This document shows positions 28,414-38,858 of a DNA stretch of 64,000 nucleotides, piece after piece. Under the pieces are notes generated by a model, which worked only from the letters and a program-made list of their open reading frames with translations, did no database searches and had not been told where the DNA came from. The DNA lies in the NCBI GenBank assembly GCA_964389675.1, contig CAYMEV010000019.1, positions 1-64,000 of the forward strand, written 5' to 3'. Each line of letters begins with the position of its first letter. Position 1 is the stretch's first letter. The stretch comes from an uncultured Candidatus Sumerlaeota bacterium (lineage in GTDB: Bacteria; CAYMEV01). The position numbers were made by a program, and so were the translations under genes.

Positions 28414-30894
28414 ATGAATAAGATCACAGCTATAATACTGGCAGTATTATTCAGCGTGAGTTTCTTCGGACAGGACAGATACCGGGAGCTGGCGGGGATA
28501 TTTGAGTTTGATGCTGAGATGGCCATTGTTGATGACTATTACAGGTACAGGGACTCAAGGAAGGGAGAGCCCTTTATAGAGCTATTGAGAAAGGGAGAGC
28601 CAGGGTCAGGGACCATAATGGTCATAACAGAATCGGATATATATGGGTTATGCAGTGTCAGGATAGACAGGTATATACAGGATATTGAAGAATATACCAA
28701 TTATTCAGTGATGTTTTATTCTGTCTCAAAGGCAGTTTCGCCTGAAGATATCAAGGACATGATATCAACCCATTACTATGATGATGAGATCTCAGGAGTG
28801 GTGCTTATAGGGGATGTCAGCACTGCCTGGTATGAGATAGAGAATGATTTTTATGAGTATGGGTATACACTTTTCCCTATGGACCTTTTCTATATGGATA
28901 TTGATGGAATATGGACTGATTCTGATTCAAACAGCCTGTATGATATTCATGAAGGGAATGTGGACCCTGAGATATGGGTAGGCAGAATATACACAGGAAC
29001 AATGGGCCAGCTGGGTTCTGAAGAATACCTCTTAAACCTTTATTTTGACAGGAACCATGAGTACTGGCTGGGAAACATACCTATAACAGGAAGGACGGGA
29101 TTGAGCTATACTGACCAGGACTGGAGCGGGGGCGATGACATGAAGCATGATATCCTTCTTATTTACGGGATTGAAGGCCATGAATCAATTGAATACGGCG
29201 ACGGCTATTTCTCCAAGACAGATTATCTAAGCAGGATAGGCGATGACAGTTACGGCATGATACAGTTCGCATGCCATTCAAGCTGGAGTGCCCATTATAT
29301 GACCAATCAGCCCCTGATTTATTCTCAGGAGATCTTCAATGTGCCCCCTGAATCAATAGCATATAACCTTTTCTGCTGCAGTGGATGCAGATGGACAGCA
29401 CCCTCAGAGAACGACTATGGTTACCTTGGCGGGGCTTATGCCTATGCTGACGGTTCAAACACACTTTTTGCGGTTGGAAGCACAAAGACAGGCTCAATGC
29501 TGGGATTTTCCAAATACTATTTCCCTCTCGGGCAGGGAAAGATAAACGGAGAGGCATTAAAGGAATGGTGGATCAATTTTGTGGGGCCCACGCATGATGC
29601 CAGTGAAATATCATGGTTTTACGGCATGACGATCGTTGGAGACCCCATGATAAGGCTGACAGATGAAACCAGTTCCCATTTCCAGGAGGGTGACGGGTCA
29701 GTTGAAAATCCCTACAGGATTAATGATGTAAACCAGCTTTATTTTATGAGGTTTTACAAGGACAAGTCTTTCATACAGAATGCCGATATAGACCTTGATG
29801 TTGCTTTCTGCAATGAAGGCACGGGCTGGTGGCCCATTGGCGACCTTTACAATCCTTTCATGTGTAATTTTGACGGTAATGGATATATCATTAAGAATCT
29901 AATGGTAAATCGCCCTGAAAGCGCATTCAACGGGCTTTTCGGTTATGTTGAAAATAGCGTTCTTGATAATATAGTATTAAAAAATGCCAGTATAACAGGC
30001 ATGCTCAGTACTGCCGGCATTGCTGGCTTTGCTATAGACAGCGAGATCAGCAGATGCTATGTATATGACAGCAGTATCAATGGAAGCAGTTCAGTCGGAG
30101 GGATAGCAGGAAATGCAAGATACAGCACAATATCTGAATCCTGCAGCAAAGCTGACATAACAGCAGTGTTCTACCGTTCCGGGGGTCTTGTGGGATCTTC
30201 AAAGCAGACAATTATAACAGACTGTTTCAGTACCGGAGATGTATCGGGAAGCCTTTATGTAGGGGGGCTTATTGGGCTTGCAGATGACTCAGAGATAATT
30301 AACTGCTTTTCTGCCGGAAGTGTCTCAGGGGATTCCGATACAGGAGGGCTCATCGGTCTCCAGGGCGATATAGAATGTACAGTAACCAGCAGCTACTGGG
30401 ATGTTCAGGTATCAGGGCAGACAACATCACAGGGAGGCCTGGGAAGAACAACATCAGAAATGACATACCCTCATGCACCAAACACCTATATAGGCTGGGA
30501 TTTTGAAAATACCTGGGTGCCTGATATAAGCCCATGCCATAATGAAGGATACCCTGTCTTAAAATACCTGTTGAATTATGAAATAAGCCTTGATTATTTC
30601 AATGCCTCAGGAACAGGCCAGACAGCCAGCCTGAGCTGGAGGACACTCTCTGAAAACAATATTTCAGGCTTTAACCTGTACAGGATACTGGGCAAAAAGG
30701 TAAGCCCTTTTATATCCTTTGCCCCTGTCCTGTTGAATGATACACTCATAATCCCTCAGGGTGGCACAGGGATACCCGCAGAATACGGGTTTATAGACCA
30801 TGTCAAGCCTGGAGGGAAATTCATCTATGTACTTGAATCCGTTTCAGATTATGATTTTACAGATAAATGGAGAAGGCTTTTAATCTGGGAATAG
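28414..30894 (+). CDS. Secreted C25 (gingipain-like) cysteine peptidase with GLUG-type and Ig-like C-terminal domains
   Basis: GVVLIGD, DLFYMDIDG, PEIWVGRI, ACHSS, NLFCCS, IVGDP; GSVENPYRI/FDGNGY/VGGLIG repeats; LSWRTLSENNISGFNLYR. Confidence 0.75.
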   Translation: MNKITAIILAVLFSVSFFGQDRYRELAGIFEFDAEMAIVDDYYRYRDSRKGEPFIELLRKGEPGSGTIMVITESDIYGLCSVRIDRYIQDIEEYTNYSVMFYSVSKAVSPEDIKDMISTHYYDDEISGVVLIGDVSTAWYEIENDFYEYGYTLFPMDLFYMDIDGIWTDSDSNSLYDIHEGNVDPEIWVGRIYTGTMGQLGSEEYLLNLYFDRNHEYWLGNIPITGRTGLSYTDQDWSGGDDMKHDILLIYGIEGHESIEYGDGYFSKTDYLSRIGDDSYGMIQFACHSSWSAHYMTNQPLIYSQEIFNVPPESIAYNLFCCSGCRWTAPSENDYGYLGGAYAYADGSNTLFAVGSTKTGSMLGFSKYYFPLGQGKINGEALKEWWINFVGPTHDASEISWFYGMTIVGDPMIRLTDETSSHFQEGDGSVENPYRINDVNQLYFMRFYKDKSFIQNADIDLDVAFCNEGTGWWPIGDLYNPFMCNFDGNGYIIKNLMVNRPESAFNGLFGYVENSVLDNIVLKNASITGMLSTAGIAGFAIDSEISRCYVYDSSINGSSSVGGIAGNARYSTISESCSKADITAVFYRSGGLVGSSKQTIITDCFSTGDVSGSLYVGGLIGLADDSEIINCFSAGSVSGDSDTGGLIGLQGDIECTVTSSYWDVQVSGQTTSQGGLGRTTSEMTYPHAPNTYIGWDFENTWVPDISPCHNEGYPVLKYLLNYEISLDYFNASGTGQTASLSWRTLSENNISGFNLYRILGKKVSPFISFAPVLLNDTLIIPQGGTGIPAEYGFIDHVKPGGKFIYVLESVSDYDFTDKWRRLLIWE

Positions 30895-30903
30895 CTTAGA
30901 TAT

Positions 30904-30943
30904 AAAAAAAGCCGGCTGAAGGAGATCCTCCGGCCGGCCTTTT
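30904..30943. terminator. Bidirectional terminator between convergent genes
   Basis: A7-GCCGGCTG...CGGCCGGC-CTTTT. Confidence 0.7.
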
Positions 30944-30955
30944 ACTTCTTCTTTC

Positions 30956-31933
30956 TTATTTTACGTATTTTTTAAGCTCTTCGGGAAGTTTGTCCTTATC
31001 GCTTGCAATTGCAGGTTTTACTGCATTCTGACCGTTTGCTTCCAGTATGGCAACACCGTCTTCACTTAGAATGAATTCTACAAAGCTCATTGCCTTTTTC
31101 ATTTCAGGGTAGTTGCTCGGGATGGTCAGGGCATACAGGATAGGCTCCCCGCACAGTTCTATCTTTTTGCCAGGTTCGGTCCCCTTGATGCTGACCTTTG
31201 CCTGGGCATAGAATTCTTCATGCTCAGCGCTTGAGAGATTGATCCTCTGGGGAAGCTCAATATACTTAAGCCCATGCTGTTTTGCGACTGAATTGTATTC
31301 GAATGCATAATCGAGGTCTCCTGACTGGAGAAGTGCTATCAGGTCGACTGATTTTGCCCTCATGGTGTCTCCCTTGGCTTTATAGAGCTTATCATATATC
31401 CCTTCAACATTATAGTGCTTTTCAGCAAGCTGCCAGACCATAAGGGTCCTGTATCCACAGGGATCCTGGTCAGGGTCGCTTCTGCCGTACATGACACCGT
31501 CTTTCTGCAGTATCTCGTACCAGTTATCTGAATTTATCTGATCGGCATACTTTGAATTTTCAGTAAAACAGAGCACCATCTGGTTTGATGCAAAGATTAT
31601 GTACCAGTCACCGTAATCAGGAAACAGAAGCTTGGGAACGATCTTGTAGTCAGCAGAACCTATTACACCGCACTCGCGTTTCAGCTCTGTGACCTTCCTG
31701 ATCGTGGTTGCGCTTCCTGCGCCTTCGATCATTACCTCAACATCAGGATACTTTTTATTGTATTCTGCAGCAATAGCCTTAAACGGAACAGTCAGGCTTC
31801 CGGCTATAAAGACCGGGAGCTTTCCTGATATTGCATCGGCCTTTTCTTCCTCTGCACCGAACAAACTGAAGCTTGATAAGATCATAACAAGCAGGAAAAC
31901 AATTATGGTTTTGGTTTTTGTAAATGAAGTCAT
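30956..31933 (-). CDS. wtpA: Tungstate/molybdate ABC transporter substrate-binding protein, WtpA type
   Basis: AGSLTVPF, GSA, SADY, DPDQDPCGYR, DYAFEY (Asp/Glu metal ligands of the WtpA class). Confidence 0.9.
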   Translation of the reverse strand: MTSFTKTKTIIVFLLVMILSSFSLFGAEEEKADAISGKLPVFIAGSLTVPFKAIAAEYNKKYPDVEVMIEGAGSATTIRKVTELKRECGVIGSADYKIVPKLLFPDYGDWYIIFASNQMVLCFTENSKYADQINSDNWYEILQKDGVMYGRSDPDQDPCGYRTLMVWQLAEKHYNVEGIYDKLYKAKGDTMRAKSVDLIALLQSGDLDYAFEYNSVAKQHGLKYIELPQRINLSSAEHEEFYAQAKVSIKGTEPGKKIELCGEPILYALTIPSNYPEMKKAMSFVEFILSEDGVAILEANGQNAVKPAIASDKDKLPEELKKYVK

Positions 31934-31951
31934 TTAATAATTCCTCCTTTT

Positions 31952-33001
31952 TTATTCATTAAATATGTGTATGAATTCTGGTTCAAGGCAGACATTTACC
32001 TTTACTCCGGGCTGAAGGCCCAGCTTTCGGCATGTATGCCTGGTGATAAGCGCGGTTATCCTGGGGGGGATTTCAATATCAACAAACATGGTGGACCCCC
32101 TGTCATTAATATTATTGATGACACCGCTGAAATGATTGTCCCTGCCATCTTCATTATCATCAATGGAGAGCATGACATCTTCCGGCCTTATTGTTGCCCG
32201 GTTTCCCTTTAATCCTTTATCTATTCTGAAGACTGCCTGGCCTGTCCTGAAAGTGTTTTCACCGCTTTCTCCAATCAGCGCATCGCCCTGAAAGATATTT
32301 CGAGACATTGCAAAACCTGCCACAAATTCCGAATTTGGCCTCCGGAATATCTCATCAGGCGGTCCTACCTGCATTATCCTGCCGTCCCCTATAACGGCAA
32401 TCCTGTCACCAAGGGCAATAGCCTCCTCGAAATTATGGGTCACATGCAGTATGGTCACATCAAGCTCCTTATGGACATGCCTCAGTTCAGTCTCGATCTC
32501 CTCCCTTGTTCCCGGGTCAAGTGATGAGAGCGGTTCATCAAGGAGAAGGACATCCGGGGAAACGCATAGTGCCCTGGCAAGGGCGACTTTCTGCTGTTCC
32601 CCCCCGCTGAGCGTTGCGGGCTTCCTGTGCAGGAGCGATGAGATATTGAAAAGATCGACCATATCGCTGAGGGCTTTATCTATCCTTTTTTTATCTGCTT
32701 TTCTCATCCTGAGGCCAAAAATAATATTCTTCTCCACTGAAAGATGGGGAAAGAGGGAGTAATCCTGATACACTATGCTTACATGCCTGGATTCAGGTTT
32801 AAGGCGGGTGACATTATTGCCCCTGAGCCATATCTCGCCTTTCCTTACAGGATAAAGGCCTGCTACTGATTCAAGAAGGACAGTCTTTCCGGCGCCTGAC
32901 GGGCCAACTATAACAATGTATTCACGCTCTTTTATCTCAAGGCTTGCATCTTTCAGGGTAAAATCTCCCAGCTCAATATTAAGGTTCCTTATGGAGATCA
33001 T
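31952..33001 (-). CDS. wtpC: Tungstate ABC transporter ATPase
   Basis: GPSGAGKT, LSGGEQQ, LLLDEP, C-terminal TOBE-like region. Confidence 0.88.
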   Translation of the reverse strand: MISIRNLNIELGDFTLKDASLEIKEREYIVIVGPSGAGKTVLLESVAGLYPVRKGEIWLRGNNVTRLKPESRHVSIVYQDYSLFPHLSVEKNIIFGLRMRKADKKRIDKALSDMVDLFNISSLLHRKPATLSGGEQQKVALARALCVSPDVLLLDEPLSSLDPGTREEIETELRHVHKELDVTILHVTHNFEEAIALGDRIAVIGDGRIMQVGPPDEIFRRPNSEFVAGFAMSRNIFQGDALIGESGENTFRTGQAVFRIDKGLKGNRATIRPEDVMLSIDDNEDGRDNHFSGVINNINDRGSTMFVDIEIPPRITALITRHTCRKLGLQPGVKVNVCLEPEFIHIFNE

Positions 33002-33858
33002 GATTCTTCCCTCCTGTGGAGGAAAAAACGCAGAGCCACAAATACTATCATGGATATCAGCAATAGAATGACAGCTATCGGCCTTGCATAGTTAAGCCCG
33101 AATGTTTCAAACTTCTCATATACAAGAACCGGAGCTATCATTGGATGGTATGCGATGATTATGACCGCACCGAATTCGCTCATGCCCCTTGCCCACATCA
33201 TTATCATGCCGGCGACTATGCTTCGCCATGCAAGGGGGAAAGAGATGCGCATGAATGTCTGAAGGGGTGTTGCCCCCAGTGTCCTTGAAACATTCTCAAG
33301 GCGGGGATCAACCTTGCGGAAGCCCTCTTTTGCAGAATCAATGAGAAAGGGCACGCTTACAAAAAGCATTGCTATCACAATACCTGCAAGGGAATCGATA
33401 AAACGGAGGCCTATGGAATCCAGCAGGCCTCCCATGAAATACCTCCTGCCGAAGACAAAGAGCAGTGCAATGCCTGCTGCCGAGTGGGGTATTACAATGG
33501 GCAGGTCAATCAGGCCTTCAATGAGTTTCTTTCCCGGGAAACTGACCTTTGCAAGAATGTATCCAAGGGGCACCCCCAGGATAAAGCCGATCAGCGTTGC
33601 TATCAGGGCTGCATAGAGAGTAAGCAGAATGGATCCTGCAACTTCCCCGTCCATGAAAGAATCAAGCAAAATCGAGGGGCTGGAAGAATAGATCATCTTG
33701 ATTATTGGAAAGGCAATAAAAGCAAGGATAATGACGGAGAGAAAAACAAAGATCCATCTCAGCCATTCATTACCCGGCACTGCCTTTATATCGGCATAAG
33801 GGTCTTCCACGGCTGATGGCCTGCCGGTCTTAGTGTCTTTATTATTCTTTCTTTTCAT
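32998..33858 (-). CDS. wtpB: Tungstate ABC transporter permease
   Basis: DLPIVIPHSAAGIALL, LE.VSRTLGA, WARGMSEFGAVIIIAYHP. Confidence 0.9.
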   Translation of the reverse strand: MKRKNNKDTKTGRPSAVEDPYADIKAVPGNEWLRWIFVFLSVIILAFIAFPIIKMIYSSSPSILLDSFMDGEVAGSILLTLYAALIATLIGFILGVPLGYILAKVSFPGKKLIEGLIDLPIVIPHSAAGIALLFVFGRRYFMGGLLDSIGLRFIDSLAGIVIAMLFVSVPFLIDSAKEGFRKVDPRLENVSRTLGATPLQTFMRISFPLAWRSIVAGMIMMWARGMSEFGAVIIIAYHPMIAPVLVYEKFETFGLNYARPIAVILLLISMIVFVALRFFLHRREES

Positions 33859-33913
33859 ACTTCTTTTTCATGGTTCCCCTGATATGGGAGGGAACATTCT
33901 ATTCTTCTGGTGT

Positions 33914-33948
33914 ATGCAGGCAGTATTGCATTAGAATACTGCCTGCAT
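33914..33948. other. Long intergenic hairpin between the porin gene and wtpB
   Basis: ATGCAGGCAGTATT-GCATTAG-AATACTGCCTGCAT, 14-bp perfect stem. Confidence 0.7.
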
Positions 33949-33977
33949 AGTATATCCTTATAGAAGGCTTTACATAT

Positions 33978-34976
33978 TTAGAATGTATAACAGAATGTAG
34001 CCCTTAAAATAAGGTCTGAATCTGTGTCAATGCCATCTTCCTCATCATAGAAGACATACTGAACATTGGGGATAAATGAGATATTCTTGTTAACCTTGTA
34101 TGATAGCCCTCCGACCAGGTAGTTAGAAGGGTTAAGGCTTGACATCCTCAGGTAGGATATTGAATCCCCCTTCGGGTTTGCATCCATTGTCTTATCATAC
34201 CTTGCAAAAACCTCCATATCTTCTGCTACAGGGATACATGCAAAGACTGACAGAACATTATAATCTGATTCAGTGTCATCAATGTCTATTGTCTTTCTTC
34301 CATAAAATACTCCAAGCCTTCCCCAGTCAGCCCTGTATGCAAGGAATCCCTGCAGAAGTGTCTCATTGTCTCCGTCGTCTTTGCTCAGATAATTATAGTA
34401 TGCTTCGGCGTAAATACCTGTTTTCTCACCGTAAGAAAGCAGAACAGTGTAGGATTTGCCTTTATTTGCTTCATTCTTGTTATCTTCGCCATTTCCAAAA
34501 ATAGCCTTGAATGCAAAAGCTTCGTTCTTGTAATCGTATCCCAGGCCGAATTCCCTTGAAGGTATGAATTTCTGCACGCTCATCGGATAAGATTCTACAG
34601 ACCTGTAACCCCAGGTTGAGTCATATGAACTGCTGCTTAAATTGGACATTATACCTAACTTGAAAGCGCTATTATCCATCTTATACTGAAGATATGCATC
34701 CTTTACATAGGACACAAGCTTATCATTGGATACAAAATCGCCGGGATGGGTTGCTTCAAACCTTAAAAATGAAGACCATTCTTCATTAAACTTGTAGCAA
34801 TACCTGAAATGTACCCTTCTTAGAATAAAGCCATTCAGGCCTTCCACTTCTTCAAGGTGATGACTGCTTACATAATAGTAATCACCGAAGATCTGTCCGT
34901 CAAAAGTTCCCTGAGCAGAAGCCAGCAACGGAACACTAACCATGATTGCCACGAAAACCAATAATGCTTTTTTCAT
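33978..34976 (-). CDS. Outer-membrane beta-barrel porin-like protein
   Basis: Signal peptide; F.LRRV.F, YVKDAYLQY, alternating beta pattern, C-terminal Tyr-x-Phe. Confidence 0.75.
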   Translation of the reverse strand: MKKALLVFVAIMVSVPLLASAQGTFDGQIFGDYYYVSSHHLEEVEGLNGFILRRVHFRYCYKFNEEWSSFLRFEATHPGDFVSNDKLVSYVKDAYLQYKMDNSAFKLGIMSNLSSSSYDSTWGYRSVESYPMSVQKFIPSREFGLGYDYKNEAFAFKAIFGNGEDNKNEANKGKSYTVLLSYGEKTGIYAEAYYNYLSKDDGDNETLLQGFLAYRADWGRLGVFYGRKTIDIDDTESDYNVLSVFACIPVAEDMEVFARYDKTMDANPKGDSISYLRMSSLNPSNYLVGGLSYKVNKNISFIPNVQYVFYDEEDGIDTDSDLILRATFCYTF

Positions 34977-35047
34977 TTGTAACTCCTTTTTTTCATTTTT
35001 TTATATTTTTTGTTTTTTTCCTCAAATTGAAGAATATTCTATTACAA

Positions 35048-35500
35048 TTAACAGTGATCTCCATTTATTATCTCGATTATATCACCTTCCCTGACCTTTC
35101 CGCCCTTTAGTACCCTGGTAAATATGCCCTCTGTCGGCATAATGCACTCTCCATATTCCTGTTTTATGGCACATTCATTGTGGCATTCCTTACCTATCTG
35201 TGTTACTTCATGGACAGTATTTCCGATGCGGACCTTTGTGCCTACAGGGATTTTGTGAAGTATTATGCCCTCTGTTGTGATATTTTCTGCAAAATCGCCG
35301 TATGATAATCCGCCAATAATTATATCTCCCATCTTTTTTATGCTTTCAACAGCAAGCAGGCTAACCTGCCTGTGGGTATCATTACCTGCATGAGAATCAC
35401 CTTCAAGCCCGTAATTTTCAATGAAAACCCCTTCTTTATCAGGTATTTTTGAAATATGCTTCTTATTGCTTATATTTATTGATACTATCTTTCCTGCCAT
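35048..35500 (-). CDS. MOSC domain protein (clostridial type)
   Basis: GLEGDSHAG, HRQVSLL, GDFAENITT, TQIGKECH..C.I....G.CIMP.EGIF. Confidence 0.9.
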   Translation of the reverse strand: MAGKIVSINISNKKHISKIPDKEGVFIENYGLEGDSHAGNDTHRQVSLLAVESIKKMGDIIIGGLSYGDFAENITTEGIILHKIPVGTKVRIGNTVHEVTQIGKECHNECAIKQEYGECIMPTEGIFTRVLKGGKVREGDIIEIINGDHC

Positions 35501-35501
35501 C

Positions 35502-35972
35502 CTATTCCTCCCTTATATATTCCCCTGATTTCCCCCCTCTTTTTTTGACAAGCATTATATCGCTTATAATAATTCCCCTGTCAACAGATTTACACATATC
35601 ATATATGGTAAGCGCAGCTGCGGAAACCGCCATGAGCGCTTCCATCTCAACGCCTGTCTGGTTTGTGGTTTTGATCTCAGACTCAATATCTATCTCTTTT
35701 TCTTTTATTGCAAAACGGATATCAGCACCTGCAAGAGGCAGATTATGGCACATCGGTATGATCCCTGATGTATTTTTTGCAGCCATAATACCGGCGACCT
35801 GAGCGACCGCAAGGACATCCCCCTTCCCTATCAGCCCTTCTTTTATCATATTCACTGTTTCAGCCTTCATTATTACCCTGCCTCTGGCAGAAGCAATTCT
35901 CAGGGTATTTCCCTTACTGCTTACATCAACCATATGGGCTCTTCCTGATTCATCAAAATGGGTGCTTTTCAT
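35502..35972 (-). CDS. moaC: Cyclic pyranopterin monophosphate synthase
   Basis: [36 protein letters not shown]. Confidence 0.96.
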   Translation of the reverse strand: MKSTHFDESGRAHMVDVSSKGNTLRIASARGRVIMKAETVNMIKEGLIGKGDVLAVAQVAGIMAAKNTSGIIPMCHNLPLAGADIRFAIKEKEIDIESEIKTTNQTGVEMEALMAVSAAALTIYDMCKSVDRGIIISDIMLVKKRGGKSGEYIREE

Positions 35973-35975
35973 GAT

Positions 35976-36929
35976 TTATCCCCCTATCTGTACCATATTG
36001 CCTTTCATATATATATTCTCATCAAACCTGTGTGAAGCAGGCTTATTATATACAAAGTCCAGTACATGCCCCGAAATATCCTCTCCTTTTCTGATAATTG
36101 ACCTGAGGTCAATATGATCATCAGAATGAAGGCATGTGTAGAGCCTGCCGTCAGATGTCAGCCTTATCCTGTTGCAGTCAGCGCAGAACCTGCAGGATAT
36201 TGGGCTTATCAGCCCTATGTCTGCATTTGCACCTTCCAGCCTGTAATTGACTGATGATGATGAAGCATCTTCATTTTTAACAGGAACCAGCCCCTTTATC
36301 CTCTCAAGGACAGAATCATTGGATAGAAACCTGTCAGAGGCCCATGATGCTGAACAGCCGCCGGGCATGAGCTCTATAAACCTTACATTTATGCCCTGAT
36401 ATGTCAGTTCTGCAAAATCCTCTATCTCGTCATCATTAAAATCCCTGATAAGGACAAAATTCAGCTTGACAGGGTGAAAACCCAATTTTCGGACTTCTTT
36501 CAGTCCCTGCAGAACATCATTGATATTCCCGCCCCGTGTTATGTATCTGTATTTTGAATCATCAAGGGTATCAAGGCTAATGTTAATTCTTCCCAGGCCT
36601 GATTCCCTGAGGCTTTGCGCATATTGCTTAAGTAGAATACCGTTGGTGGTCATGGAAAGGTCTTTTATCCCGGATAGGGCGCCAATCTTCTTTATAAGCC
36701 CTGTTATACCCCTCCTTACAAGGGGTTCGCCTCCGGTTATCCTTACCTTTGTTATGCCGAGTTTTACAAGGGTATTCACAATATGCAGGATCTCTTCAAA
36801 CCTCAATATATCTTCATGCTGCATTTTTCTGACACCCTCTTCAGGCATGCAGTAGATGCACCTGAGATTGCACAGGTCAGTCACAGAAATTCTAAGATAA
36901 TTTATATTTCTCCCGAATCTGTCTCTCAT
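35976..36929 (-). CDS. moaA: GTP 3',8-cyclase (radical SAM)
   Basis: YLRISVTDLCNLRCIYCMP, FCADCNRIRL, C-terminal IGG. Confidence 0.96.
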   Translation of the reverse strand: MRDRFGRNINYLRISVTDLCNLRCIYCMPEEGVRKMQHEDILRFEEILHIVNTLVKLGITKVRITGGEPLVRRGITGLIKKIGALSGIKDLSMTTNGILLKQYAQSLRESGLGRINISLDTLDDSKYRYITRGGNINDVLQGLKEVRKLGFHPVKLNFVLIRDFNDDEIEDFAELTYQGINVRFIELMPGGCSASWASDRFLSNDSVLERIKGLVPVKNEDASSSSVNYRLEGANADIGLISPISCRFCADCNRIRLTSDGRLYTCLHSDDHIDLRSIIRKGEDISGHVLDFVYNKPASHRFDENIYMKGNMVQIGG

Positions 36930-36935
36930 TTAAAA

Positions 36936-38858
36936 TTATTCACCTATTATTACTATTTCACCTGTATTTATCATTTCATAACCGCCTATTTTCATTACCC
37001 TTTCCTTAAATTCACCCGATCTTACTACGGAAATAAACACCTTAAGCCTTTCATCCTCAAGGTATTCAAATGCTGTAAGAAAATCATATTCCTCATGCCC
37101 GACAGGTATGAAGTCCAGATCCAGGGCACGGGCGGCAGATAGAACACCGAGCCCTGCATCAGCAGAATCAGCCTTTATGGCAGCAGCCACAGCCATATGT
37201 GTTGTCATCTCCTTTTCATAACCCGTTATATCTTTTGCATCAATACCCAGCTTCTTAAGGCTGTAATCCAGAAGTATGCGTGTGCCTGATCCTTTCTGCC
37301 TGTTTACAAAATGGATGCCTTTCCGAATTAATGATCCAAAATCCGTTATATCTGAGGGATTGCCCTTTTGCACCATAAGGCCCTGAGTCCTTCTCAGCCC
37401 CTTGATAAGGGCCATTCTCCTGCCCGGGAAAAACCTTTTTATATACGGAATATTGTATTCCCCTGTCTCTTCGTCCAGAAGGTGTACAGGTGCAAGGTGG
37501 CATTCATTTCTTCTCAAGGCTGTTATACCGCCCATACTGCCTGTATGAGCTGAAGCCAGCTCCATCATGTCAGAGACCTCATCCATGATCATATCATGGC
37601 TTCCAATGGAGAGAAGAGTCCTTTTCAGCCTTTCAGCAGGCTTGTAAAGATGAATTATGGCCTCCTCCCCGGCTTCCATCCCTTCAGCATTCCTTGGTAT
37701 TTCGAGTATGCCGTCAGCCCTTACAAGGCTCATTGTGGCACCGGCGCCGCGCATCAGAGGAGTTGCAATAAACCTGCCGCCAATATGGCCAACCGTTACC
37801 CGGACCATCTCGCTGCTTTTGAAGGATGATACTATCCTTCTTGATAAAACTGCCTTTACTGTATCTTCAGGTCTCTTCAGGTTTTCGTGTCCATGTTCCC
37901 GGGAAGGCAAAGACTGAAGTATCAGAGGCCTGGCAAAAAGCTCAAAGACCAGAAAGGATGAAACAGGGTATCCGGGAATGCCTATTACCGGCTTTTTATC
38001 AATAACTGCAAGTATGGTCGGTTTGCCGGGTTTTATTGCAAGCCCATGCACTATCACTTCTCCCAGTTCTCTAAGCACAGAAACAGTATAATCCTTCCTT
38101 CCAGCAGATGACCCTGCATTTACCAGAAGGATGTCATTCTCCTCAACCCCCTTTAATACCGCTTCCCTCAGGGATCCCATGTCATCCCTGCATGGAGAAT
38201 ACCTTTTTGCAGTGCCTCCATACTCATTTACCAGCCCCTCAAAAACATATGAATTTGACTCCAGTATCTTACCCTCGCCAAGCTTGCCCGGATCGTCCAC
38301 AAGCTCTGACCCAGTCGGTATAATCCCGACTTTCGGCTTTTTATGGACTTTTATCTTATTAATTCCTGCAGAGATCAATGCCCCGAGGTCTATCGGCCTT
38401 ATTCTATGCCTTGAAGGAAGTATCATCTCGCCGACAGCTATATCCTCGCCTACAAGCCTTACATGCTGCCAGGGATATGCCGGGGCTATAATTCTGACCT
38501 TCCCCTCCCCCGCCTCAATGACGTTTTCAATCATGATAACCGCATTATGCTTTTTTTTCAGGGCATTGCCTGTGTTAATATATTCAAAATCCTTGTTTTC
38601 AATAAGTATTCTGGGGTCAGATTCCGTTGCATTGTATGTGGCCTCGGAATTAACAGCTATTCCATCCATAGCTGCTGAATTAAAATAGGGTGAAGAGATC
38701 TCAGCATATACACAGTCAAAGGTATACCTGCCTGCTGATTCTGAGACGCTTATCTCTTCACTCCCTGTCAGTAGATCACCGAGTTTTGAGTAGTATTTCT
38801 CCCTGGCTTCATCTAACTCAATATTGGATATATATACATTCTGCCGGAATTTACTCAT
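36936..38858 (-). CDS. moeA: Molybdopterin metal-insertase MoeA fused to a C-terminal PBP-like domain
   Basis: AAMDGIAV, KPGKPT, PGYPVS; C-terminal GSHD, GSMGG, NRQKGSGTR. Confidence 0.92.
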   Translation of the reverse strand: MSKFRQNVYISNIELDEAREKYYSKLGDLLTGSEEISVSESAGRYTFDCVYAEISSPYFNSAAMDGIAVNSEATYNATESDPRILIENKDFEYINTGNALKKKHNAVIMIENVIEAGEGKVRIIAPAYPWQHVRLVGEDIAVGEMILPSRHRIRPIDLGALISAGINKIKVHKKPKVGIIPTGSELVDDPGKLGEGKILESNSYVFEGLVNEYGGTAKRYSPCRDDMGSLREAVLKGVEENDILLVNAGSSAGRKDYTVSVLRELGEVIVHGLAIKPGKPTILAVIDKKPVIGIPGYPVSSFLVFELFARPLILQSLPSREHGHENLKRPEDTVKAVLSRRIVSSFKSSEMVRVTVGHIGGRFIATPLMRGAGATMSLVRADGILEIPRNAEGMEAGEEAIIHLYKPAERLKRTLLSIGSHDMIMDEVSDMMELASAHTGSMGGITALRRNECHLAPVHLLDEETGEYNIPYIKRFFPGRRMALIKGLRRTQGLMVQKGNPSDITDFGSLIRKGIHFVNRQKGSGTRILLDYSLKKLGIDAKDITGYEKEMTTHMAVAAAIKADSADAGLGVLSAARALDLDFIPVGHEEYDFLTAFEYLEDERLKVFISVVRSGEFKERVMKIGGYEMINTGEIVIIGE

